A stretch of 44,809 nucleotides of DNA from an uncultured Haloferula sp. (GCA_965652295.1 CBFGTS010000023.1:1-44809); one strand, 5' to 3'; numbered from the stretch's first letter, positions 26,962 through 37,706 are shown. Translations and numbers: made by a program. Notes: generated from the letters alone by a model not told the origin.

Positions 26962-27149
26962 AAGACGGACCCTCGTCCGGTTCTTCGCGCCCGGCATGTA
27001 ATGCAGTTTACCGCCGGAAGGAATGCATAACGAAGAGCCTGCCCTTGGCCGGGTGGGCGGATCCGTTGGTTTTCAAGGGCTCGTGGGTTGGAACGAAGCC
27101 TGCCGGTAACAGGCGGGCATTTGCCCGCAAATCCGAAACCGAAAAAGCC

Positions 27150-27653
27150 ATGATCGAAAACCTGAAAGCACTCTATTACGACCAACTTCGCGACCTCTAC
27201 AGCGCCGAAACGCAACTCATCGACGCGCTGCCGAAGATGGTTGAGAAGGCGACCGACGCCGATTTGAAGGAAGCCTTCTCCGATCACCTCCAAGAGACCC
27301 GCCGTCACAAGGAGAGGCTCGTGGAAATCTGCAGACGTCACGGAATTTCCCCCGAAGGGGAGGTCTGCGACGCCATGAAAGGCCTCGTCAAGGAAGCTGA
27401 GAAGCACGGAGGAGAGACCGAAGCAGGTGCCGTCCGCGACGCCGTCCTGATCGCCTCGGCGAACCGGGTCGAGCACTACGAGATCGCCGGTTACGGCACC
27501 GCCAAGACCTACGCCGACGTGCTCGGCTTCGACGACGACGTGAAGCAGCTCGACGAGACCCTTGATGAGGAATCGAAGGCCGACAAGCTGGTGACCAAGA
27601 TCGCCACCGGCGGCCTGCTCCGCGACGGAGTGAACGAAGCGGCGGTGCACTGA
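27150..27653 (+). CDS. YciE/YciF (DUF892) ferritin-like protein
   Basis: LRDLYSAETQL, HLQETRRHKERL, CDAMKGLVKE, NRVEHYEIAGYGT. Confidence 0.93.
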   Translation: MIENLKALYYDQLRDLYSAETQLIDALPKMVEKATDADLKEAFSDHLQETRRHKERLVEICRRHGISPEGEVCDAMKGLVKEAEKHGGETEAGAVRDAVLIASANRVEHYEIAGYGTAKTYADVLGFDDDVKQLDETLDEESKADKLVTKIATGGLLRDGVNEAAVH

Positions 27654-27676
27654 GGCCGCTGCAAAGAAAATTCCAA

Positions 27677-27728
27677 GGGCGCTGGCGCGGCGGGGTTGTG
27701 ATCGACCCCGCCCGTCAGCGTCTTTTTT
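27677..27728 (+). terminator. Intrinsic terminator after the DUF892 gene
   Basis: Stem GCGCTGGCGCGGCGGGG / CCCCGCCCGTCAGCGT followed by TTTTTT. Confidence 0.75.
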
Positions 27729-27893
27729 GCCAACGGGAGCCGGAGGGTCCGCTGGCGTGTCATGGGCCGATCCAAGACGGTATTTTCGCTCGATCTGCAG
27801 AGGCAGTGCCTGCTTGGATCCGCAGTCTTCGGTCGGTGACGGCTGGGTTTGCTTGAGGCAGGTCCGGCGACCGAGATCTCCTGCTTTGAATCG

Positions 27894-30281
27894 ATGAAAC
27901 GCATGATTTCCTGGAGCATCGCGCTCCTCTCTACCGGAGCTTTTGAGGCCAGTGCGTCGGTGTGGTACGTGAACGGCTCTGCGGGAGGTGGGAATAATGG
28001 TCTCACCTGGGAGAGCGCTTTTCTCCATCTTCAAGATGCCATTGATGCTGCCTCCACTGGCGACGAGGTTTGGATCGCAGCGGGCACGTATCGACCGAAC
28101 GACGCTGATCCAAGCCAGCTGGATCGCGCCCAATCCTTCTCGCTGAAGAATGGGGTATCGATCTTCGGTGGGTTTTCCGGCTCAGAGGATGCGGTGGAGG
28201 ACCGGGATCCGCTGGCCAATCCGGTGGTGTTGTCGGGAGATCTCGGGAGCAATGATGTCGATTCGGATGATGACGGGCTGATGGATGAGGCGACTTCAGA
28301 CAATGCCTATCATGTGATCAAGGTCGATGAGGCGGATGCCAGCGAGCTTGAGGCCAGTGTGAACTCGGTGACGATCCGAGGCGGCCGGGCTGACGGATCA
28401 TCGCCTGACCACAGGGGGGGAGCTGTGTATCTCATCGGTTCCCTGGAGTCGTCGCTTTCGTTGTCATTCTGCCAGTGCACCTTTGTCGACAACGAGGCAA
28501 CGGCTGGCGGTGCCGTCAGAGCGGACTTTGCCTCAGAATTTTTGATCGACGACTGCGACTTCATAAAAAACACAGCGACAGGCGGAGGAGCAGTTTACGG
28601 ATTCGCCAGTGTCATGCAGCTTAGCAACTCCAGATTCCAGAGGAATCAAGGCACGACATCCGGAGGGGCGGTTTTTACCGTAGGATCCCGACCCTTTCTG
28701 GTTTCAGGCTGCATTTTTGAGGAAAACGCGGCACCAAAAGGAGGCGCGGTTTTCAATACGGGACTGCCAGTTTTCACCGATTGTTTGTTCGAACGAAACT
28801 CTGCGACGACGGAAGGAGGAGCTGTGGCAAGCCAGGTCGGGGCAGAATTTGTCGATTGCCGATTTTCCGGAAACACCGCTCCGCAAGGAGGAGCAGTGCA
28901 TGTCCGATCCTCTGACTTTACGGCCGCCGGTTGCGTCTGGGACGCCAACGAAGCTGCCTATGGAGGTGCCATTTTTGCAGATACCGACGGGTACCTCTGC
29001 TCCATAGAAGAATCTGATTTCATCGGAAACCTGGCGACTTCGGCGGGCGGCGCGGTGTTTCACACACCCGGATTTTTTAGCCATGAGGGGAGCGGGTTGC
29101 TGCTGTCGTCGTGCTTGCTTCGGGATTGCTCAGCTCCCGAAGGCGGAGCGGTGTTATCAGGCGGGTGGTCGAGCAGATTGATCAACTGCACCGTCACCAG
29201 GAACTCGGGGGTCGATGGAGCGGCCATGATGGGATCGGGACTTTTGGTGCTGAACTGTACGGTCGCGGAGAACACCAGCTCTACTGGGGCCAGCATGCAG
29301 TTCAGCCCGGAGGGCTCCTCCTCGTCCGTGGTCAACTCCATCGTATGGGGGAACTCTGGGACCCAAGTGTCGGGAGGCTCGGTGAGGGACTGCATTGTCC
29401 AAGGCGGGCGCTCGGGCACGAACGTGTTCACCGACGACCCGCAGTTGCAGATATTGGGGGATTACGGCGGAGCGACGGCGACGATGCGCCTGATGTCAGG
29501 AAGTCCTGCCATTGACGCGGGGAACCCGCGATACCTCAAGGGCGGGGGTATCGGTTTCGCCCCGCAGACGGACCAGCGCGGGTTTCTCCGGATCGGAAAT
29601 CCCGATATCGGGGCTGTGGAGTTCGTGGCGGCCGGTATCGTTCGGGAGGACGCTTCGGAGCCAAGCGAGATCGGAGGATCACGGTCGTTGGTGGTGCACA
29701 GCGATTTCAGCGATCCTGACTTCCAGTGGTTTCTGGGACCTGCCGGTGAGACCTCGGAGCCGATTCCTGGCGGGGACGGGCCGCAGGTGGAGGTGGGTCC
29801 CTTGGAGCTGGGAACGGATGTTTGGGTGCGAGCCACAGATGAGAATGGCTCAGGCCCGACGGCGGACAGCTTGGCTCATCGCATCGAAGTCAGAGGGAGC
29901 TTCGACGATTGGTGCGATTTTCATCAGCTTGCGGAAAATGAGCGAAGCTTGGAGGCAAGTCCGGCATCGGATGGTATCCCGAACGGTGTGAAATTCGCTT
30001 TGGGCCTAAGGCCGCGGGAAGTCTCAAGCTTAGCGCAGGCGCGGACCCGATTCTCCACTGCGGGATCGGCTCCCATGGGGGAAGTCTGGAGGATCTCCAA
30101 GACGCCGGTGGATCTTTCGATCCGCTTCGTTCGTTCAGCGAACCTGACGGAGTGGGCGGACGAGGGGCTTCCAAGTGAGGCAATGGAGGAAGACGCGGCT
30201 TTCGAGCATCGCCGGGTGGTCTGGCCGACCGAGGAGGCTTCAGGTTTCTTCCGGATGGAGGTGGAGCGGACCGGACCTTGA
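27894..30281 (+). CDS. Secreted right-handed beta-helix protein (GGAV/FxxN POMP-like repeats, choice-of-anchor-Q-like segment, Ig-like region, C-terminal putative sorting domain)
   Basis: [26 protein letters not shown], about ten F..N.A..GGA[VI] repeats, GSPAIDAGN...DQRG...DIGAVE, ends [12 protein letters not shown]. Confidence 0.85.
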   Translation: MKRMISWSIALLSTGAFEASASVWYVNGSAGGGNNGLTWESAFLHLQDAIDAASTGDEVWIAAGTYRPNDADPSQLDRAQSFSLKNGVSIFGGFSGSEDAVEDRDPLANPVVLSGDLGSNDVDSDDDGLMDEATSDNAYHVIKVDEADASELEASVNSVTIRGGRADGSSPDHRGGAVYLIGSLESSLSLSFCQCTFVDNEATAGGAVRADFASEFLIDDCDFIKNTATGGGAVYGFASVMQLSNSRFQRNQGTTSGGAVFTVGSRPFLVSGCIFEENAAPKGGAVFNTGLPVFTDCLFERNSATTEGGAVASQVGAEFVDCRFSGNTAPQGGAVHVRSSDFTAAGCVWDANEAAYGGAIFADTDGYLCSIEESDFIGNLATSAGGAVFHTPGFFSHEGSGLLLSSCLLRDCSAPEGGAVLSGGWSSRLINCTVTRNSGVDGAAMMGSGLLVLNCTVAENTSSTGASMQFSPEGSSSSVVNSIVWGNSGTQVSGGSVRDCIVQGGRSGTNVFTDDPQLQILGDYGGATATMRLMSGSPAIDAGNPRYLKGGGIGFAPQTDQRGFLRIGNPDIGAVEFVAAGIVREDASEPSEIGGSRSLVVHSDFSDPDFQWFLGPAGETSEPIPGGDGPQVEVGPLELGTDVWVRATDENGSGPTADSLAHRIEVRGSFDDWCDFHQLAENERSLEASPASDGIPNGVKFALGLRPREVSSLAQARTRFSTAGSAPMGEVWRISKTPVDLSIRFVRSANLTEWADEGLPSEAMEEDAAFEHRRVVWPTEEASGFFRMEVERTGP

Positions 30282-30385
30282 GAGAGCAGACGGAGCGAGG
30301 TGGCGGCTATCCGGTCTCGGCGAGCCGGGGGATTGCGACAATTTCAGCTGATTTCCCGGGCTGGCTGTGTTTTCGTCCCGCCGCC

Positions 30386-31588
30386 ATGGCAACCACGCTT
30401 GTTCCAGACGCCACCGGACACTTCGGGAAGTTCGGCGGCATGTTCGTGCCGGAAACCTTGATGGCTCCTTTGGCCGAGCTGACGGAGGCCTATGCTGCGG
30501 CTCGCAAGGATCCGGCGTTCCAGGCAGAGCTCGACGACCTCCTTGAGAACTATTGCGGGCGACCCACGTCGCTGTATTTCGCGGAGCGGTGGACGGAAAA
30601 GCTGGGTGGGGCGAAAATCTACCTCAAGCGCGAGGACCTGCTCCACACGGGCGCGCACAAGATCAACAACGCAATCGGCCAGATCCTGCTGGCGAAGCGG
30701 CTCGGGAAGAAGCGGATCATCGCGGAAACCGGTGCAGGCCAGCACGGGGTGGCGACCGCTACGGTGTGCGCGCGCTTCGGGATGGAGTGCGTGGTGTACA
30801 TGGGGAAGGTCGATATGGAGCGGCAGGCGCTGAACGTGGCGCGGATGCAGCTGATGGGAGCGGAGGTCCGCGCGGTCACCGCCGGGCAGGCGACCCTGAA
30901 GGAGGCGGTGAATGAGGCGATGCGCGACTGGGTGGCTTCGGTGGATCACACCCACTACATCCTGGGCTCGGCGCTGGGAGCGCATCCGTTTCCGATGATG
31001 GTGCGCGATTTCCACCGGGTGATCGGGGTCGAGGCGCGGGAGCAGATTTTGAAAAAGGAGGGCAGGCTGCCGGACTTGCTCGTCGCCTGCGTGGGCGGCG
31101 GGTCGAACGCGATCGGCTTGTTTCATCCGTTCCTCGACGACGCGGACGTGCGGATGGTCGGCGTCGAGGCCGGTGGACTGGGCATCCTGCCGGAGAAACA
31201 TGCGGCTCGGTTCCAAGGCGGAAAGCTGGGAGTGTTGCAAGGTACGAAGACCTGGCTGTTGGCGAACGACGATGGTCAGATCGAGCTGACGCATTCGATT
31301 TCGGCGGGTCTCGACTACGCGGCGATCGGGCCGGAGCACGCGTATCTTCAGGACATCGGGCGGGCGGAGTACACCTACGCGACGGACGATGAGGCGCTGG
31401 CGGCCTTCAAGGAGCTGGCGCATTGCGAGGGCATCCTGCCGGCGCTGGAAAGCTCGCACGCGATGGCCTACGTGTCGAAGGTGGCGGGAAGCCTGCCGAA
31501 GGACTCGATCCTGATCGCGAACCTCTCCGGCCGCGGCGACAAGGACGTGGCGCAGGCGGCGAAGCACCTGCTGGGGTTGGATTTCTGA
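30386..31588 (+). CDS. trpB: Tryptophan synthase beta chain
   Basis: [50 protein letters not shown]. Confidence 0.97.
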   Translation: MATTLVPDATGHFGKFGGMFVPETLMAPLAELTEAYAAARKDPAFQAELDDLLENYCGRPTSLYFAERWTEKLGGAKIYLKREDLLHTGAHKINNAIGQILLAKRLGKKRIIAETGAGQHGVATATVCARFGMECVVYMGKVDMERQALNVARMQLMGAEVRAVTAGQATLKEAVNEAMRDWVASVDHTHYILGSALGAHPFPMMVRDFHRVIGVEAREQILKKEGRLPDLLVACVGGGSNAIGLFHPFLDDADVRMVGVEAGGLGILPEKHAARFQGGKLGVLQGTKTWLLANDDGQIELTHSISAGLDYAAIGPEHAYLQDIGRAEYTYATDDEALAAFKELAHCEGILPALESSHAMAYVSKVAGSLPKDSILIANLSGRGDKDVAQAAKHLLGLDF

Positions 31589-31646
31589 CCGGGAGGGAGC
31601 CGCTGCCGGGAGATTTTGGACCAGGATGAATAGGATGGATGGGATC

Positions 31647-31700
31647 GGAACGCGAGCTTCAGCTCGTTCCGCCGATCGTGCGAGCTGAAGCTCGCGTTCC
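31647..31700. repeat. REP-like doublet, family C
   Basis: Perfect 20-bp inverted repeat GGAACGCGAGCTTCAGCTCG (31647-31666) / 31681-31700; each arm is a hairpin CGAGCT-TC-AGCTCG. Confidence 0.85.
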
Positions 31701-31711
31701 AATGCGCTGAT

Positions 31712-32635
31712 ATGATCCGGAAAGCATTTTTGTTAGGTGCGGGGCTGGGGACGCGGTTGCGGCCGTTGACGGATGTGTTGCCGAAACCCTTGGTGCCGCT
31801 GTTCCACAAGCCGATGGTCGGCTGGGCGGCGGAGCGCTGCATGGCAGCGGGGATCGAGGCATTCGCGGTGAACACGCATCACCTGCCGGAGAAATGGCAG
31901 GACCCGGACTGGGGCGTGCCGTGCCTGGGTGGTTGGCGGGAGTCGGCGATTCGCGGCGGAAACGGAATCGCGGCGGTGGAGGGGGATTGGGATGGCAGGC
32001 CGACACATCTTTTCCACGAACGGGATCTGCTGGAAACGGGTGGCGGGATCCGGAACATCGCGGAGTGGGCCGGTGGAGAGGATGTGTTGGTTCACAACGG
32101 CGACATTTTTTCGACGATGGCGCTGCCGGCATTGATCGCGGCGCACGAGGCTTCAGGAAATGCGGTGACGCTGGCTCTGCGGTCGGAGGGAGCGGGGCGG
32201 CACATTGCTTTCGATGGCGAGCGGGTGCGGGACATCCGGAACATGATCGGCCAAGGTGAGGGCACGCATCATTTCAGCGGGGTCTATTGTTTTTCGCCGG
32301 AGCTGCTGGAGCGGATCCCGGCGGGTGAAAAGGTGTCGGTGATCCCCGCGTTTCTCGAGCTGGCGAAACAGGGTCGGATCGGCGGGGTGCTGCTGGACGA
32401 GGGGGATTGGTTCGATCTGGGCGACGAGGCGAGCTACTTGGCGGCCCACCGCGAGCTGGCTCTGGCGGATCCGATCCACGTGACGGCGGTGATTTCGCCG
32501 GAGGCGGTGCTGGAGCGGTCGGTCATCGGCCCGCGGGCAATGGTGGAGGCCGGAGCGGTGGTGAAAGACTCGGTCGTTTGGCCGGGGGCGCGGGTGGAGG
32601 AGGGGGAGGTGGTCGAAGGTCAGGTGAGGATATAG
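31712..32635 (+). CDS. Sugar-phosphate nucleotidyltransferase (MurU/mannose-1-phosphate guanylyltransferase-like)
   Basis: LLGAGLGTRLRPLT..PKPLVP, LLETGGGI, HNGDI, WFDLG, short C-terminal hexapeptide-like repeats. Confidence 0.88.
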   Translation: MIRKAFLLGAGLGTRLRPLTDVLPKPLVPLFHKPMVGWAAERCMAAGIEAFAVNTHHLPEKWQDPDWGVPCLGGWRESAIRGGNGIAAVEGDWDGRPTHLFHERDLLETGGGIRNIAEWAGGEDVLVHNGDIFSTMALPALIAAHEASGNAVTLALRSEGAGRHIAFDGERVRDIRNMIGQGEGTHHFSGVYCFSPELLERIPAGEKVSVIPAFLELAKQGRIGGVLLDEGDWFDLGDEASYLAAHRELALADPIHVTAVISPEAVLERSVIGPRAMVEAGAVVKDSVVWPGARVEEGEVVEGQVRI

Positions 32636-32777
32636 CCTGCCAGTGGCCTGACCGTCCCGTTCAGGAATCCATGGTGCTGATCCTATCGATCAGGCGGCAT
32701 CCGGAGGCGGAAGCGGCACCCCCTTTCCTGACTGGGACCACCGACAGGTCGGGGCGCGGGGTCAGGCCACTGGCAGG
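32636..32777. repeat. REP-like doublet, family B, second intergenic copy
   Basis: Left CCTGCCAGTGGCCTGACCGTCCCGTTCAGGAA; right TTCCTGACTGGGAC, about 21-nt insert, GGTCAGGCCACTGGCAGG. Confidence 0.85.
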
Positions 32778-32865
32778 TTTGGCGCGACGCAAGGATTGGT
32801 TTGGCTTCACGAAGTCTTCGCGGCAGGATCATCGCAGTTTCGATTGAACCCGTATTTTCAAACCC

Positions 32866-33810
32866 ATGGCTTCTCCACTTCGTATGGCGGTCCCGCTGGT
32901 TCTCGGTCTGGTGATCGGGGGTGTGGGGGCTTCCCTTTTTCGTGACAGTCTGCCGGGCGAGGAGGGCTCGCCGGAGGAGCGGGCGGCGGAGCTGGAGGTT
33001 CAGCTGAAGAAGGCGGAGAACCGGATCGCGGCGCTGGAGGCGAGCGGGAAGACGGGTCGGCGAGAACGGACGCTGCGCGAGGGGATGGGCGACATCGCCC
33101 GCCGGCTGCGCGAGGGGGGAACGGTGACGCCGGACGACATCCTGCGGGCGACGCAGCCGCTGACGCGGGACCTTGCACCGGTGTTCGAAAGGATGCATGC
33201 GAAGCAGTTGAAGCGGCAGTACGACGCTTTGGCGGGCGAGGTGGCGCGGAAGTATGATTTGACCGAGGCGCAGCAGGCGCAGGTGGCCACTTGGTTCGAG
33301 GCGCACGCGCAGGACCAGGCGGAGCAGTGGATGAACACGGTGAGCCGGGAGGGTGCGACGATGCGGGACTTGGCGGAGGCGGCCCAGAACGCGCGGGCGG
33401 ACGATGGACTGGACGAATTCATGGGCTCGGTGTTGCAGGGGGAAAAGCTGGCTCAGTTCCGCTCCGATCGGCTGCACGAGAAGGCAGGGCGGGTGCAGGA
33501 TTTCGCGGACATGCGGGTGCAGCGGATCGATGACGTGGTGGACCTTGACGACTCCCAGCGGGATCGGCTTTTCGGGGTGATGGCGGCGGGCTCGCCGGAC
33601 TACGATCCGGCGATGCAGTTCGAGGGATCGAGCGGAGCTATCGAAGCGCGGCCGGGGGTGGATCGCGAGCAGGCTGTGGAGGCGGTGCTGACGCCGGCGC
33701 AGCGGCAGGCCTACGAAGCCTACAAGGCGGAGCAGCGGGAGGAGGCGAACAAGGAAATGGCGGATTTCGGTCTGAGTCTGCCTGCGGATTGGGACCCGCT
33801 CGATTGGTGA
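32866..33810 (+). CDS. Hypothetical membrane-anchored helical protein
   Basis: N-terminal TM, coiled-coil segment, L(T/D)xxQ repeats; directly upstream of the ABC genes. Confidence 0.8.
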   Translation: MASPLRMAVPLVLGLVIGGVGASLFRDSLPGEEGSPEERAAELEVQLKKAENRIAALEASGKTGRRERTLREGMGDIARRLREGGTVTPDDILRATQPLTRDLAPVFERMHAKQLKRQYDALAGEVARKYDLTEAQQAQVATWFEAHAQDQAEQWMNTVSREGATMRDLAEAAQNARADDGLDEFMGSVLQGEKLAQFRSDRLHEKAGRVQDFADMRVQRIDDVVDLDDSQRDRLFGVMAAGSPDYDPAMQFEGSSGAIEARPGVDREQAVEAVLTPAQRQAYEAYKAEQREEANKEMADFGLSLPADWDPLDW

Positions 33811-33812
33811 GC

Positions 33813-34778
33813 ATGACGGTGGACGCGACAGCACGGCCGACGGCGATCGAGATCCGCGACCTGCGGGTCGATTACGGCGATTTCGTGGCGGTGGATGACG
33901 TTTCGCTGAAGGTTCCGGCGGGTGAGGTGTTCGGCCTGGTAGGCCCGAACGGGGCGGGGAAAACGAGCACGTTCCGGGTACTGGCGACTTTGATGGAGCC
34001 GACTTATGGCGAGGTGTTTTTGGAGGGGGTCGATATTCAGGAGGATATCGAGGAGGCACGGCGGATCGTCGGCTACATGCCGGATCTGGCACCGGTGCCG
34101 ACGGATCTGAAGGTGTGGGAGTTCCTCGATTTCCATGCGGCGGCTTATGGCATCGGGAGTCGATCCCAGCGCCGCGAACGGGTGGCGGCGTGCTTGGAGG
34201 AGGTGAGCTTGACCGACGAACGCAACGCATGGTGCCACAAATTATCGCGCGGGCAGACGCAGCGGGTGGTGCTGGCGAAGACGCTGCTGCACCGGCCGCG
34301 GGTGATGATTCTGGACGAACCGGCGAGCGGGCTGGATCCGTTGGCGCGGCGGGAGTTGCGCACGGCGCTGCGGAATCTGGCGCGGACGGGCGCGACGGTG
34401 TTCGTGAGCTCGCACATTCTCAGTGAGCTGGCGGAGATGTGCACTTCGTTGTGCGTGATGAATCGTGGCCGTTTGCTGGCGGCGGGGACGGCGGAGGAGG
34501 TGCGGCTGCTGCTGGGGAATGCCGGCCGCAAGCTGACGCTGCATTTTGTTTCCGAGGTGGAAGGCGCGATGCGCTGGCTGGAGGATCGACCGGAAGTAGG
34601 CGCGATGGTGCGCGAGGGAGCGCGGGTGACGGTGGATCTGGAGGGCGACGATTTCCTGCAATCCGAACTCATGGCGTCATTGGTGATGCAGGGTTTCCGG
34701 ATGATGAGTTTTGAGGAAAAGCGGTCGTCCTTTGAGGAGATCCTGGTGGAGGTGGCGGAATCGAACCGGAAATCATGA
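33813..34778 (+). CDS. ABC transporter ATP-binding protein
   Basis: GPNGAGKT, LSRGQ, MILDEPASGLDP, SSHIL. Confidence 0.95.
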   Translation: MTVDATARPTAIEIRDLRVDYGDFVAVDDVSLKVPAGEVFGLVGPNGAGKTSTFRVLATLMEPTYGEVFLEGVDIQEDIEEARRIVGYMPDLAPVPTDLKVWEFLDFHAAAYGIGSRSQRRERVAACLEEVSLTDERNAWCHKLSRGQTQRVVLAKTLLHRPRVMILDEPASGLDPLARRELRTALRNLARTGATVFVSSHILSELAEMCTSLCVMNRGRLLAAGTAEEVRLLLGNAGRKLTLHFVSEVEGAMRWLEDRPEVGAMVREGARVTVDLEGDDFLQSELMASLVMQGFRMMSFEEKRSSFEEILVEVAESNRKS

Positions 34779-36451
34779 GCGGCGTGGAAAAACAACGGAC
34801 GAGGCGGCACCCGTGGTGGGCGGTGTGGAGCAATCCGATTTTCCGGCGCTACTGCCGGTCGCGGCTGCGGCCGGCGGCGGGTGGGGTGGCGATCCTGCTG
34901 GCGGTGCTGGGGTCGGGCTTCTTTTTCGCGATGTTCCGCTCGATTGCGATCCACCGGGTGCATCTGGATCTGGCGGACGCGGAGCGGGGGCCGTTGATTC
35001 CTCTGCTGGTGTTGCAGGGGGTGATTCTGTTCATACTCGGAACCGCGCAGGTGGCGGGCGGGATGACGGCGGAGCGGGACGAGGGAGTCATCGATTACCA
35101 GCGTCTGATCCCGATGTCGCCGCTGGCGAAGGTGATGGGCTATCTTTTCGGCCTGCCGGTGCGGGAGTGGGCGATGTTCCTCGCGACGCTGCCGTTCACG
35201 CTGTGGAGCCTGTGGAAGGGCGGCGTGGAGTGGGGCGTGGCGGTGAAGCTCTACGGCGTGTTGTTTTCCTCGGCGCTTCTCTATCATTTCACCGGACTGA
35301 TCACGGGCACGGTGGTGAAGAACCGGCGGTGGGCTTTCCTGGCGTCGATCGGGCTGGTCTTCTGCCTCTACACGGTGGTGCCGCAGTTGGCGAAGCTGGG
35401 GCTGGTGACGTTTCGCTATCTGACGATCGTGCCGATTTTCGAGGAATCGTTGCCGGCGCTGCTGCCGGAGGTGCCGGCGTCGATGGTGAAGCTCTCGCAG
35501 CGGCTGTTGCCGACGGTGAAGTTCTTCAACCTGGATTTCTCGGAGGCGTGGTTCACGGTCTTCGCACAGGCGGGGCTGGTGCTGACGTTTCTGCGGATGT
35601 TGTGCCGGCGTTGGCAGCGGGCGGAATCGCACTTGCTGGGCAAGGCGTGGGCCGTGGGATTCTTCGTGTGGATCCAGGTGCTGCTACTTGGCACGGCGTT
35701 GCCGGAGATCGAGCCGGGCGGTATTTTCCCTTCGCGGGGGATGAGTCGGCTGGTGCCGATGGTGGGGGAAAGTGCGCCGGAAAGGGCGGAGGCGGTGGCA
35801 CTGGCGGCGGTGTATGGGGTGTTCACCCTGTTGCTGCTGTATATTTTCACCTCGATGATCACGCCCCCGCCGGATCAGCAGCGGGCGGGGTGGCGACGGG
35901 CGCGGAAGCAGGGGAAACGGCGGTTGCCGTTCTTTGGCGATGCGGCGACGGGGTTCGGCTGGATGGCGCTGATGGCGGGGGTGGGCGCGTTTTCGTGGTT
36001 CTATTTCACGAAGAGCATCGTGGAGTCCGACTGGTTTCCAGGGCAGCAGGTGCCGCGGGTGGTGTGGGGTTATTTCACCGTGGTGCTGTTGGCGCTGGTG
36101 TTGGGCCATCAGGCTTTGCTGGAGGGGATGGGTCGGAAGACCGTGTTTCTGTCGTCGATCCTGATCGGCGTGGTGCCGCTGATGGTGGGATCGGTGATGG
36201 GGGCGATCAGCGACCGGATGTGGCCGCTGGCGGTGTGGGTGATGGGGATGTCACCGCTGACGCTGCCGGTCTATGCGGTGGGCAGCCTGCTTCAAATCGC
36301 GGAGCTGCCGCCGCTGGTGGCGCGGGCGGTGCCGAAGGCGTTCCAGTTCTGGACGCTGGTTTCGGGGCTCTCGGCGGCGTGGCTGGCGTGGGGGCTGTGG
36401 CAGCGGCGGCGGCGGATGGCGAGGGAGATGCTTGGAGCGGAGGACTGCTGA
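34775..36451 (+). CDS. Polytopic membrane protein, ABC-2 permease-like
   Basis: More than 10 hydrophobic segments; NPIF, MTAERDEGVIDYQRL motif; ATGA overlap with the ATPase gene. Confidence 0.8.
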   Translation: MSGVEKQRTRRHPWWAVWSNPIFRRYCRSRLRPAAGGVAILLAVLGSGFFFAMFRSIAIHRVHLDLADAERGPLIPLLVLQGVILFILGTAQVAGGMTAERDEGVIDYQRLIPMSPLAKVMGYLFGLPVREWAMFLATLPFTLWSLWKGGVEWGVAVKLYGVLFSSALLYHFTGLITGTVVKNRRWAFLASIGLVFCLYTVVPQLAKLGLVTFRYLTIVPIFEESLPALLPEVPASMVKLSQRLLPTVKFFNLDFSEAWFTVFAQAGLVLTFLRMLCRRWQRAESHLLGKAWAVGFFVWIQVLLLGTALPEIEPGGIFPSRGMSRLVPMVGESAPERAEAVALAAVYGVFTLLLLYIFTSMITPPPDQQRAGWRRARKQGKRRLPFFGDAATGFGWMALMAGVGAFSWFYFTKSIVESDWFPGQQVPRVVWGYFTVVLLALVLGHQALLEGMGRKTVFLSSILIGVVPLMVGSVMGAISDRMWPLAVWVMGMSPLTLPVYAVGSLLQIAELPPLVARAVPKAFQFWTLVSGLSAAWLAWGLWQRRRRMAREMLGAEDC

Positions 36452-36460
36452 GGAGCCGTC

Positions 36461-37597
36461 TCACTGCTTGTCCACGTAGCGGGCCATTTCGGCAGCGGCC
36501 ATGAGGAAGGCGCCGACGCCGAAATCAGCGGTGGAGTTGGCGTCGACGACCTGGCCGGGGATGGCTTTTTCGCCGATGGGTTGGATGTAGCCGACCGCTC
36601 CGTTTTCCTGCAGGGAGGTGTTCATGAGGAAATCCCAGGCCTTCTGGGCGACGGGATTGTAGGTTTCCGAGTCGAGCACGCCGTGGCGGAGGCCCCAGAG
36701 GTAGCCGTAGGTAAAGAAGGCGGTGCCGCTGGTTTCCGGGCCGGGGGCGTGTTCGGCGTCCAGAATACTCCGGGTCCAGTGGCCCTCTTCCTGTTGTGAA
36801 TCGGCAAGAGCTTTGGCCATGGCCTTGTAAATGGAGAGATAGTGCTCGCGGTCGGGGTGGTCGGCCGGGAGGTCATCGATGACTTTGGGCAGGGCGGCGA
36901 AAACCCAGCCATTGCCCCGGGCCCAAAAGTCCTTGAGACCGTTCGTGGACTTGTGTTTTGGGTAGATGTACTTCGCGTCGCGGTAGAACAGCCCGGCGTC
37001 CTCGTCGAACATCAGATTGCGGGCGTAATCGAAGTACTCGCGGAGTTTGGTGAGGTAGGTTTTTTCTCCGGTGACCTGATAGAGCTCGCTCATGGTCGGC
37101 ATGATCATGAAGAGGCCGTCGGACCACCAGATGTAGTCGTTGGCGGGGGTGGTGAGCTGGTGGGCGAAGACTTCCTTGGCGCGGGCGATTTTCCTCTCCG
37201 CCTCGTCGAGCTTGTAGAGTTCGAGGTAGACTTGGAAGCAGACCTGCCAGTCGCCGAAGAGGACGTGACGGTCGTTTTCCCCGTAGTCGTAGCGCCATTC
37301 GTCCTTTTTGTCGGACTGCGCCCCCTCCCAATCGTTCTTGCGGGCCCAGGCTTCGGAAAAGCGGCGGTAGGCTTCCTTTTGGGTCACGTCGTAGGCCTCC
37401 ATGTTGCCGACGTGGTAAACGGCGCGGTTCCAGAAGGCGTTGCCGTGGTTGCGGTGGGTGTCCTGCCAGTGGTCGTTGACGCGCTCGATGACCTCAAGGA
37501 CTTCCTCTTTGGTGCGGATCTTGACGGGTTCGTCCGCGGCGGAAAGGGACGGCAGGCAGGAGAGCAGTGCCACAGCGGCAAGGAAAGGGTTCTTCAT
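36461..37597 (-). CDS. Glycoside hydrolase family 88/105 (unsaturated glycuronyl hydrolase), secreted
   Basis: Signal peptide; WWSDGLFM, FWARGNGW, ETSGTAFFTY, FGVGAFLMAA. Confidence 0.88.
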   Translation of the reverse strand: MKNPFLAAVALLSCLPSLSAADEPVKIRTKEEVLEVIERVNDHWQDTHRNHGNAFWNRAVYHVGNMEAYDVTQKEAYRRFSEAWARKNDWEGAQSDKKDEWRYDYGENDRHVLFGDWQVCFQVYLELYKLDEAERKIARAKEVFAHQLTTPANDYIWWSDGLFMIMPTMSELYQVTGEKTYLTKLREYFDYARNLMFDEDAGLFYRDAKYIYPKHKSTNGLKDFWARGNGWVFAALPKVIDDLPADHPDREHYLSIYKAMAKALADSQQEEGHWTRSILDAEHAPGPETSGTAFFTYGYLWGLRHGVLDSETYNPVAQKAWDFLMNTSLQENGAVGYIQPIGEKAIPGQVVDANSTADFGVGAFLMAAAEMARYVDKQ

Positions 37598-37706
37598 GGG
37601 CACACGAAGCATCCTTGCGAGGAAATCCTCGTCAAACCGTTTCCGTGCCGACCGGCTGAATGAAGGGGGGCTTGCAGACCCGGCGATCCGCGGGGACCCT
37701 CCAGCT

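Noticed and set aside
26962..27149. oriC, dif or riboswitch in this intergenic region
   Set aside because: No TTATCCACA-type boxes, no convincing XerC/D site and no recognisable riboswitch consensus.
20633..27653. Extended ORF starts in the track (20633, 22354, 26256; likewise 4036, 11618, 37440, 37972, 41208)
   Set aside because: The extensions overlap upstream genes and lack family features; internal starts matching family N-termini were used instead.
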